Below are positions 8,093-20,000 of a stretch of 53,173 nt of DNA, in pieces. Within the stretch, counting starts at the first letter, position 1. Each line of letters opens with the position of its first letter. Source of the DNA: a virus (lineage: Duplodnaviria > Caudoviricetes). The position numbers and the translations under genes are program-made. The DNA lies in the IMG/VR virus record IMGVR_UViG_3300005077_000024, positions 1 through 53,173 of that record. The stretch is one strand, 5' to 3'. The notes under the pieces are model-generated. The model saw only the letters and a program-made list of their open reading frames with translations, was not told where the DNA came from and searched no databases.

Positions 8093-11000
8093 AAAAGAGC
8101 GGCCCGTGCCCCCGCCACCGCCGGCGGCTCCTACGGACAAAGTGATGCTGGTTCCTCCTCCCGGGACTGGGGGGAATGGTAATGGCGGCCTACGCCCACC
8201 GCCACCTCCCCCCAGTCCAATAACGAAGGCGAGGCTGGGACCTCCACCTGAGGACTGGACTCCTACCCGTACTGCATTGACAGCGCCGGGCAGTCCTCCT
8301 ATATCTACACCCGAGACGGGGACTACTACTACCACTGCTCCTACTGCTGGTGCTGAGGGACCTCCGTCTATTCTTGGAGAAGAGGTTCCAGTAGGGACCT
8401 CGGAGACCCCAGAGTTTGAGGTCCAGCCTCCTACGGTCGTGCCTGCGGATATAGTACCCAAGCACCCACGCGACCTGGGGTTCCCGGACGTAGAGTCCAA
8501 GAACCCTCTGGAAAAGTGGGCCTACGAGGGTTGGACCCAACTAGACCAGGCCTGGTGGGGCTACATCCAGGAACATGCTACCCGACGGTGGGAGCAGTTT
8601 TTGGCTGTCAAGGATGAGCAGCGTGCCTATGAACCCATCACCCCGGCATCCTTCGGTGATGTAGTTCTTAACGTCTTGGAGCATCCTATTACGCGCAAGT
8701 TGAACGCGGCCCTTGCGCTGTGGAACGTACCCGCAGAGGCTGAGGAGGTTCTTCTCGGTAGTGCCTTCTACAACCAAGAGCGGGACTGGATGGGTGTGCG
8801 TACTCCTGCGGAGCAGCGTGCGTGGGCTGCTTCTATGTTCGTTACATACAGTGGCCCAGAGGCAAGGCGTGATCTGTACAAGAGGATCCGCGCAGAAGGG
8901 GATAACGTCACCGATGCGCGTATCGAAGAACTGGCTGCTGATGTAGTAGAAGAGTACGGCAGCATGTGGAAAGAGATGGTCGGCCAGGTGGCCTTTGACC
9001 CTCTCCAGATTGTGGACATGGTTTCTGGCTCTGTAAGCAAGTTGACAAAGTTGGCAGCGTTCGAGAGGGAAGTCACTACACTAGATCTGCGGCCTACTCA
9101 GGAGTTGAGGAAACTGTGGGTAGAAGCAGGTACTCGTGGTGGTCAGTTTAGATACGAGATCAATGCTCTGGACAAGGCCAAGGCTGCGGTGATGCCGAGG
9201 CTACCGGAGACTATGCGATACCAGGCCCTGGGTGAGGCGTCCCAGGTGGTGGAGAACGAAGCAGGCCAAGTACGCCATCTGGTTGAAGCCAGGCTGAGGA
9301 GAGCTGGTCTAGAGCGAGGTACTCCTGAGTGGGTGGAGGCGTTCAACCGGGAGTACAGCAACACCATGGGTGGTGTGATGGCCCAGTGGACACGCCTAGC
9401 AGATGACGACCCAGAGATAGTCCGCCAGGCGGCTGAGGCATTCCAGGAGACTGTTCTGGGGCGGGTGCCCTCAAGTAGGGCCGGCAGACGTGCAGCTATC
9501 ATCCTCAAAGAGATGCTTGTTGATGATGAGGGTAACATTGGGGACTTGACCAAGATGCTAGACCTCGGCAAGCGCGAGGGCTGGCAGGCTGCAGAACTCG
9601 CAGATGCGTGGGGGGCCAAAGCCCAGAAGGTCATGGAAAAGCTTATTCCAGACCCTCCTGGGATGTGGGGCGCCACACGAGCAGTGCAGGCTATCTTGCG
9701 GAAGCGCCAGCCTATTGACAAAGTGTTCTCCCGCTTGTACATGGGGATGAGTATTGGCTACCCTGTCCGCAATATGATGGACAACATAGCAAGAGGCTTC
9801 CTGGAAGGGTTTGCTGATGGAGCCTCTGAAGCACGCATGCGGGCTCTCGATGAGATCGTAGGCAGCCGCGTAAGGGTAGCTCACAAGGGTATCGGACCTG
9901 CGGGTACACAGGAGCGCCCAGGGTTTACTACTCTGGGTATCTGGCTGGGTAACAAAGGGGAAGAGATCTCCTCAGCCCATATCGTCCATAGTGCTCGTGA
10001 GTTTGCTATTAAGCATCTGGCTCCAAAGGCTTTGCTCGAGGTTGAAGTTCCAGCTAGTGCCTCTGCGGAGATGCGCCACTGGCTGGATGCTCGGATGTCT
10101 AGAATCTCGAGACTCGGACCTCAGGATGTAGAAGTACTCAGAGACGAGATTATGGACTACCTGGGGCATCTGGGTGTCAAAAAGGATGCCCAGGTGACCA
10201 TGCGCCCATGGGCTCAGCCGGGGTCTGACCTTGAAGAGTTGCTAGGTAATGTTCCTGGGTTACAGGAGGATATCGAACGTGCAGCACGCGAGGCTGGGTC
10301 TGACCAAAAACTGTACGTCCGCAAACTACGAGAACTACAGCGGAAGTACGGCCAGCGGGTCAAGCAAGTCACCGAGGCAGTTCAGGATGTCCCGATTGGA
10401 CCTGCAAAGGGAACTATGGCAGGTACCGCTACGCGGCAGGCCGGTGCCATCATCACCAACGAGCAAGAGCTTGAGGAGCTTGCAGCTCAACTGGCAGCGC
10501 ACGAGGCTAGTATCTACCGGTCCCGTGCTATGGCCATGGCCTCGGCACTCACTGGCCCCCAACCGCAACTTGCGCTGAAGCAGATCCAGGAGTTCGAGGC
10601 GAAGTGGCTCTCTACTGCCTCGGAGATAAAAGGTCGGCAGGTGGAGTTGTGGGGGAAAGCCCTCAAGGGTGATCTCACAGTTCAGGAGTACAAAGAGCAG
10701 TTGCTGAGGATGTATGCCTCAGCACACAACTTTGTGGATGATGGTTACAGTAAGGCTATTGCAGACCTCTGGTCAGGCTACAGGGTAGTCAACCAGGTGG
10801 ACGAAGCAGGGCCGCTCAGTGTACTAGCCAGAGCCTTGGGTGAGGAGTTTGCTGCTATTGGCAAGTACTCAGTCAAGGTGCCAGGAGAAGAAGTTGCGGC
10901 AGATGCTTCTGTGCTGTATGCACGTCTGCAACTCCACGAGATCAAGGGGAGCCCCAGTCTAACCAACTTCCTGAAAAAGCACCATGGTAAAGGACTAGAG

Positions 11001-14000
11001 CAGTTCACACCTAAGGAGAGGTTTGAGCTACTCAACTCTCTCAGACAGGCTCGTGGGGCTGAACCTTTCGAGAATGGTACGGCTCTGATGGAGCACTACC
11101 GCCAGCGGGTCCGTGTGGGTGAGGCTTTGGCACGGAAGCCCTTTTTTGAGCCTATGCGTCCTGTGCCTCTGAGGCCACAGGGCTACGAAATGGGGGACGC
11201 TGAGTGGTATGGCAAGGGGGTGCTGTGGCAGCGACCTCCTACTGGGGACCCAAGCAATCTCTACTCTTGGCTTACTCCTACTACAGAGACTTTGGTAGAC
11301 CATCCTAAGGCACCTGGTGGTGGTTCAGGTGCTGCATGGGAGGCCTGGTACAGGAAGCAGCCTGGGGTCACTCAGGAAGAGATGGAGTTTACTGGACTGC
11401 AGGACTATCTTGCCCTCCATAAGGGGGACAAGTTGTCCAGGGATGACATCAGGAACTTCCTAGATACTCACCGCCGGAACTTCAAGTTGGTAGGGACCTC
11501 AGGGTATAAGCCGTGGTCCCTATTCCCATCTGCTTCAGATAGCTACGAGATAGTGCTGTTTAGCCAGCCTGGTATGATAGGTTCTGCCTCCGAGGTCCAC
11601 TGGGCGACCAACTCACCTGTCGTATTCCATACACGGTTCCAGAGAGTAACCGATCTTGATGGTAGAAGGTTGCTTGCTGTAGATGAAATGCAAAGTGACT
11701 GGCACCGGGCTATGGAGAGCTCCCCTCTACTCACTCCTGACCAGAAGCGTCTGGTTGAAGAGATGGGTGGACGTAACCTCCCTAATATAGCTTTAAGTCA
11801 TGAAGAGATGTACGCCGCACGTGGGGTACGTATAGAGGGAGATTCCATCACAGTAGATGGTATAGGTACCCTGGGGGTGAAACGCAAAGACTCTAGGTAC
11901 TGGAATCAGGATGGATTTCTACGTACAGCCCAGGCGTATGTAGCCGAGAGGATGCTCCTCCCTACACCTCCTGAACTCAAGCCCAGGGTGGTTATGTCGA
12001 TAGAAATGGAGGAGCCCTTTGACATCTTCGACGCTACTATCCGGCTTACATATCCGGATGGTACGTGGAAGGATGCTAACATGTACCAACTCCATTCTAT
12101 AGTATCTAGGTACTATGAGGTCTCCGGCAAGTTCAGCAAAGTCGGGTCCGCAGAGTTGTTCCCCTGGCCAGACGGTAAAGTGTCGGTGCTGAGTTACGAT
12201 AATACCGGGATGCCTAGATTGCATCTTGAGAAGGTGGACCCTGACTACGCTATCAAGTTTGCAGAGGCACTCTCTCTTCTGAACAGGCTCGAGCCCGCTC
12301 CGTGGGCTGACAACGCTTGGAAGAATGTTGGTCTACGGTACCTCTTGGAGAGAGCGGCTGGTGAGGGCCTCGATGGGGTAGTTATTACCCCTGGCAGAGA
12401 GCAGGTGCTTCGCTATCTTCCCACTAGGGCTAATGGATGCACCCACGTTACCTACTACAAGACACAAGGAGACAAGTATAGGGTCGACTACGCATACCGC
12501 CCAGGGTGGGAAGATGTAGTCTTCAGGACGCTAGACTGGAAGCAGCTAACAGAGTTCCACCCAGAGGTCGACCCGACGAAGATCCAGGGGAGTACGGTAT
12601 TCGACCGCCTGGAAGCAGGGGAGCGGGTCACTCTCACAATAGATGAGGTTGCTGAGGCTCTGGTCAACTCAGACTACTTCATTACCCAGCACGACACTGA
12701 CCTCAAGAAGATGGCCGGTGGCCTGGAGTACCAGTACGACAGGGACATCCCAAGCAGGCTTGCCAAGATAGCCAAGAAGATGGGTATGGAAGTAGAGGAC
12801 GGGATCCTCGCTGGCCCCGAGGACCTCGCCCGTCAAGGTGACCCAAACCAGTTAGTACAGTTCAAGGGGGTTTACTTCACCCCTGAGGCCAAGAGCACCC
12901 TTAAAGAAGTTAACTTCCCAATGTGGCAGACCGCTGGTCCCAGGCCAATGGCGGATCTGCTTACACCTAACGCTGAGTTGGCTTTGCGCGGAAAAACGCC
13001 GGGCCGTGCCTCAGGTGAAGTGTGGTTGAAGTGGTTCCATAACCAGCCAGGCCGGCTGGAGCGAGAACTGCGAATTAGTGGTATGGAGGACTTTCTCAAG
13101 GAAGCCAAGGGAACTCTCACCGAGGCAGAAATTCTTGAGAACATCCGGGCCCGCACAGTACGGACGGTGGCTGTCACAGTACCTACTGGACCTACTCGAC
13201 GGCATGGACTGTACCTTGAGTATACAACTTGGAAGGGCATGGCAGGCAGTTACCGGGACTACGAGGAGGTTCTCTTTACTGCCCCAGATCTGAAACCAGT
13301 TCCAGATTATGGTAGTGCCCACTGGCTTGACGAGCCACAGCCTGACCCTGCACAGATTGCTGCCTTCGAGGAGTGGAGCCGTAAGCACGGCCAGGAATTT
13401 GAGTATCTGTACGAGTATTGGCACAACCATCCAGCACCTTTGAGTTCAAGGGGTATGAGTGCTAGGGAAGCTCTCGACGGGTACATGCAGGAGAACAATG
13501 CACCAGATGGTTTCGAGAGGTGGTGGTACGAATCCACCACTGGTGAGTTAGCTGAACCTGATGTGGACGTTGAGCTGGAAAACCTAACCGAGACGGAGGT
13601 TCTGGCCCACGCACGCTCGACTAAGGTGTGGGATGGTGAGGGTGGCCGGTGGAAGGTGCTGGAGGAGACCCAGTCAGACTACCATCAGAGGGCTGTTGGA
13701 GTCGAGGGTGGTGGTTACATCCCTGAGACCCCTGCAGAGGTGAGTGCTGCAGAGTCTACTGGGCAGGCACTTGTAGAACGGGCCAGCTCTCTCAGAACTA
13801 CCTTGAGAGACAACCGTGTGCTTGGCCTCTTCACCGAGCGTGTTGCAGATAGAGAGCAGACGGTTCAGGAAGTTATTAAAGCTTTGGAGCGCCTAGGTGT
13901 GTACTACACACCTACTCCTGGTACTAGTCTTTCTTGGGAGGTTAGGTTAGGCAAGAACAAGGCTCTAGTAGCCACTATGCCTATAACCTCCTCATGGGAG

Positions 14001-17000
14001 CCAGACTACCCACTGATGCCTTCTCTGCCCCCTGTTATTGGTGACTGGTCTGAAGTGGAAGTTATACTCCCTCAGAACCATACTCGAGGAGCCCTCTCTC
14101 TACTGACCGATCGCTTTCTAGGGAACCGAGTAAGGTACAGGTACCAGGGACGGGAACTGAGCATCGGTGAGTTGCGGAATGTCTTCGAACCTCTCAACAC
14201 GAGGTTGTGGCCTCCGCGAGCTCGGATACTCTCTACCAAGCAAGGTGATGTGGCACTTGTGCCTGTGCATGATGTACTTCATGCTGTCCCTGCAGAGAGT
14301 CTGGCAGGGATTCCGCAAGAGCGGTGGGGCCTAATCCGGGAAGAGCTGCGCACCACCCCACCTTCACAGCCAGTAGAAAGGGCTGTATGGGACAGGACCT
14401 GGCCCGAGTTAGGCTTGCGCTGGATGCTCATGCGGGCTGCTGAGGATGGTGACAAGGGCATTATCATTATCGACTCTGCTGAGCACTTCCGGCGGTATGG
14501 CACGGAAGAGAGCAAGTTTTTCCAGACACTCTACGACAAGACTCTGCCTAAGGAGTTGGAGCGCATTGGCAAGCGGTATGGCGTCACGCCTAAGAAGGTG
14601 GCGGTGCAGCCATACAATGACGAGATCCAGGCCAAGTTGCAGCAGGAGGCAGTAGCAAAAGGTGACAAGGCCCTCAAGACTAAGGTACTTCCGCAGGAGT
14701 ATCTGGGTCTGGAGATCACCCCAGAGATGCGCACCGACCTGCTAGGTAAGAAGCCGCTGCCTCTGTTCCAGACCGTAGAAGGAGAACTTGTTCCTCCGCC
14801 CCAGCGGCTCAATGCCTTAGTCGGTCCCCAGACAGTTTGGTGGACAGACCGCCATGACTTTATGCTGTATGGCACCTATGAGCAGGCCCGGGCGGCACAG
14901 CTTCCACGGGCCGCTAGGAACTACACCTTCTGGGTAGAGCCTGGCACTAACCGTACTGTGTGCACTCGTGGCAGCAAGTTCCACAGTGCTGATAGGTTAG
15001 GGCTGCCTGAAGGTACCCGGTTAGCAGAAGGGGCCCATGTTGGGGACAAACTCATCATCAGGCCTCACAACAGAATCTGGAGGGACTTCCGGGCTAAGGA
15101 GCACGATCTGGGGTTCTTGGACATCCTGCTTAACTTCGAGGATGCTCCACCCAATACCTATGTAGAGTGGGGAACTTTAACTCCCCAGCCTCTAGAGCAC
15201 TTTGTTACTAACACCGCAGAGGCAGTGGGAGAGCCCTACACCTTCAAGCAGATGGAGAAGGACATCTACCGGTACACCCACTCTACTGAGCAGACCAAAG
15301 CGCTAGTAACAGTTGCTCGGTGGTATGCGGGTGCACGGGCTCTCGCAGGCCTAGAGAGTGGCAATGCGTGGTTGCGCGAGTTCCTGTCTGGTATTACTAC
15401 CGGTGACGGAGTGACCAGCCTTCTCAAGCTTGCGAACTTCGATGCTGCAGTTACAGCGCTATCTGGGAGTACACCTTATAACCGCTGGATGCTTCTCAGG
15501 CAGTTTGACTACACAGAGCCTGCTACTATTCTCCATGAGATTCTGCACCAGGTCTTTGACTCTGCTCCACTTGCGTCTAAGCGGACTCTGCTGGAAGAGT
15601 TTACCCGGATGTACCCGGGCCTGAGCTACTATGATACAGTAGAGTACATAGTCGAGACTTTCGCTGCCGAGAGGTTAATGAGGTACCGGCTGGACTACGA
15701 CTCCTTCAAAGACAAAGTACCTCTCGTGGCTAAGGACTTGTATGACGCTCTGTATGTCATAGCCAAGACTTCCGACGATATCTCGGAGCGGGTGGCTATG
15801 CACACTCTGCGGAAGCCCAGCAGGGCAGCACGGGAGGTAATGCAGAAGCTCTTCCTGGGTGGCATGCTTGGACAGGAGACGCGAACTGTAGGTGGAGCAA
15901 CTACTAACACTATACCTTTCTTGTTCCAGTCTGAGGATGCCTACCGGGTATTCGACTCCAACATAGAGCGTGCTCTGGTCAACCCCAAAAATCCGGGCCG
16001 TGCCGATGGCCTGGCTTGGCTTGCCTGGCTGAAGAAGCAGCCAGGTGTGACTGCTCGTGAGTTGAACCTTACAGGGTTGGAGGACTTTCTTGATGTGCGT
16101 GAGGGGGTTCCTCTTACCAGGGCAGAGGTTGTAGAGGCTGCTAAGAGAGGCAGGCCTGAGGTTCATATTATTCAAGAGCCTGCAGTCCACCACGAGTTTT
16201 CCATACGGGACTACCAGGCTTTTACTTCTTGGCCTTTGATGCAGAACCACTACCGCGAGGTAGGCTTCTCGATGCCAAAGGAGTATCTAGTCCCTAACAT
16301 CAGTACCCAGTACCACTGGGAGCCTGACAGCAAGATCGTCTTCCATGTCCGTATGAAGGATGCCTATGATGCTCAAGGGCGTAAGATTCTTCTTGTGGAA
16401 GAGATCCAAAGTGACTGGCACAAACTGGGAGAGCAGTACGGCTACAGAGACTCTGTGCCTAAGGGTGTAACCTATGCCGGTGACCCTCCAGTATCCCGGG
16501 CGATCTGGCAGAAAAACTACCCTACCGTGGGCCTCCGCTATGCCTTACGTGAAGCGGTTGCTGGTGGCTATGACGGGGTTGCTATCACTGGTGGCATCGA
16601 GCAGTTCAAGCGGTACTATGCCGTTGACATGGAGGGTATAACCAAACTCACTATCATAAGGGATGATATACTGTATGGCAAGGCTGGGGAGACTTGGTAC
16701 CGTCTGATTACAGAACAGCGGCCTGGATACTTGACTAGCAACCTTACTCTAATGGATGATGCTGACCTTGAGTTCTTTGTCCATCTGACATCCTCTCAGA
16801 AGGACACTCTCCGTGCAGGCAAGCTACTAGTCTTTGAGGGTGATGAGTTAGTCGAGTTGATCCGGAGCCGTGCTCGTAGAATCTACGGGAGCGAGAAGCT
16901 GGCCCACTTCCAGAAGATGTACGATGAGGACTACCCAGAGCGCCTCCGGAAGCTGGCTACTGAGTATGGGCTGCAGACCGAAAAGGTGGTTCTCAGGCCA

Positions 17001-20000
17001 GCGCCGAACATTGTGTCTGATGTAGAAGGTACAGTCACCTACTTGACACCTGAAGCCAAGCAGCAGATTAAGAGCGTCAAGCCCTTGCTGTTTCAGTCGG
17101 ACCAAGCACCTCCAGCCTTGCGTGCTGTGGAAGAAGGTAAGGTCAACAAGCAGTACGTAGTCTCTTTGCGAGATATGGCTTTGCAAGAGACTAGTACCTT
17201 TGCTAAGTTAGGGGACATGATCGCAGAGATCCTCAAGCCAAAGGCCAAGGTCATGTACCTGAGCGGAACCGACGAAGGCCTGGTGGTAGTAGGCCGACCG
17301 GAGGCTCAGGCTATCTGCTTGCAGACTGTGAGTGCGTTTGACCTGCCTATGGATACTAAGGTAGTATGGTACACCTACCTTAGTGACACCCACACCGACC
17401 AGTTCACTATGCGGTCTGGAACTCTTGAGGAGTTGCTCGAAGATCCCTTCGGCAAGCCTGAGTTAGTAGCTCCTCCATCTAACTTGGCTCCTGTGTCAGA
17501 AGCCAAGGTTGAGTCTAAACTGGCTGTGATGGAGGCAGAGGGGTTCTACAACATAGGTGGGGAGAGTGAAAAGATCCTCCTGCCGGACAGCGTTCTAAGC
17601 CCGTCGGAGAACGTCTACCACTTTGTGTATGACCCAGACAGTGGTACTATTCTGTTCGGCTCTCTGGGCAGGTCCCGGGAGCAACTACAGCAGGATGTGA
17701 GGGCTCTTAGGGAGTCTGCAGCTCTGATAGCTCCGAAGCCTGAGGCTGTGTCTGAGGTTCCTACAGTTGCTGGTATGTGGGTGGACGGTCAGTTGATAGT
17801 AGAGGCTAGGTCCAAGGAGCTGACCGCCCTGTTGAAGAAAGCGGGCTTTCCTAATGCTACCGAGGTAGTAGACCTCCGCAAGGATACTATTAAGCCCCTA
17901 GGTGCTACTGAGGCAGTCGCCCGACGCAAGAAGGCAAAGACTCTACCAGAGGAGGCTCCTCCTCCACCAGTAGCAGTAGAAGAGCCTGCGCCGTCAGTCC
18001 CTGCAAGCGTAGTGGCGTCAGAACCTGACTATGGTAGCATTCTACAAGAGGAGGCCATCTGGACCTCTGTTTACGGTCCACTCAGTAGGCTGTGGGGTAC
18101 CGGCAAGACTACTGCAGAGGCAGTCAGAAGCAAGTGGAGGACTGACCTTCCAGGTAACCTGTGGGTCTACCAGACTAAGCCTAGTGGTGTAGTAGTACAG
18201 AGTTCGTGGGAAGACCGGTTCAGTGCCATAGACGCAGCGGTCAAGCATGGCTTCCCAGCAGACGTCCCTGCTGTATGGGTGGGTGAGTTGGATGGGGTCA
18301 GATACCAGAAGTCTGGCACGCTACAGAAGCTGGCGACTGGGGAGGATCCTCTACCTGCACCTAAACCAGAGCCTGATGTAGGGTTCCCGCCGAAGACCAA
18401 AGTGGTTGACCTGGATGAAACAAAGTCCACCTTGGAGCAGGTGGCTGAGGGGTCAGCCACCAGGCCTGTAAAGTCCCAGCAGCCTATTGCTGAGGAGATT
18501 CCTCCAGCCCTGGATCCCAGTCTGCTGAGTACCGTGCCCAAAGGATCACGGCTTCCTTTTGAGGACTACGCCGACGAAGAGCAGTTGCGTGGATTGCTCC
18601 TACCAGATGGCAGCATGGCTATTGTAACACCTGGACCTCATAATGTAGCAGATGGAACAGGTGTAGAGCACATAGCAATTATGCAGCTTCTGAACGTGTC
18701 TGAAGGTGAAGTCCTCCAGTTCCACATGGACGTCACGAAGAACAAGATAGCTTACCTGTTTGTGGACTCCACCCACCCGGTAACAGGTCCGGAGCTTCAG
18801 CCCTTCTTGGATGCTGGTGTTCCGAAAGATGTGAGAGTGGTGCGTGCTGTCCATGACATAGTAGAAGAAGGAGAGCTGGGTGACATAGTAGCAGGCCGAG
18901 GTTGGGAGCCAGAGGTCCGTGCGACCCCAGCAGAACCCCGGCAGCCTTCTGCTGGATACCTGTGGTCGGACGAAGATGGAGAGCTCATTTACAGCACCTT
19001 CGACCAGATGCAGAGTGCGGCTCAACTACCACAGTGGCCTATGGTCTCGATGAGGAAAGTAGGGAAGCAGATCACGTTCACTCGCGGGGCCATGCACTCA
19101 GGTACCAGTGATGAAATCGTCCGCGGGGTATTCCGTCTAGATGGAAGACTAGTGATTACACCTGGGATGAAGACCTTCAAGACACCCTTCAACGATCCAC
19201 AGGTGCAAGAGTACCTGGAACTGCTGACGAAGAGCCCTGGGGTGCCAAGGACTGCAGTGATTGAGTGGCCCGGGACCCCTCGACTCCCACTGTTTGGGGA
19301 ACCACCAACGCCGGCAGTCCCTCTGAGGCCAAGGGCAGTTGAACTACCTCCACCGCCTGCACCACCTGTGATCACAGCCAGCCGGAAGCAGTTCTGGGAG
19401 GAGGTTGGGAAGGTAGGGAAACCAGTCAGAGTTGAACTGGGTGAGATCACTGCAGTGCTAGACCCTGTTGAAGTCCGGAAGGGCTACACAGGTGTTACTA
19501 TTATACCTGGCCAGCCAACGGTCGTACACGGCGAGGTCACGACAGACGATCTGCGCAGGTTGCAGGACTGGGGATGGCCAACTAACTCACCTGCAGTACT
19601 GGAGAGTCTGGGTAGAACAGGGAAGCTGGGGGACCTCCTCTTCGACTTGCGTCCACGGGAGCCCTTTACACGAACCCAGTTCGTAGACTCTCTCATCACA
19701 GACTTCAGGCTGAGTACAGATAAAGTCCAAGATGCTATGGCTATCATGGACCGTCTAGCCAGTGCCTGGGCTAAGGACTATAATGCCAAGCCGGCTGACT
19801 GGTGGATTACGTTCATCCAGAGTGTGCAGAGACAGGTCCCAGCCGAGTGGAAGTACCTACTGGAAAAAGGGCCCGTGAAGAAAGGCGGCGTGTGGTTCGA
19901 CCCTGAGGATGCACGGGCCGTCATTTTTGCCTTCCAGAAGGCGGACCTGTCTACAGTCTTCCATGAGGTAGGGCACATCCTGCGCAGGCAGTTGCGCGAT

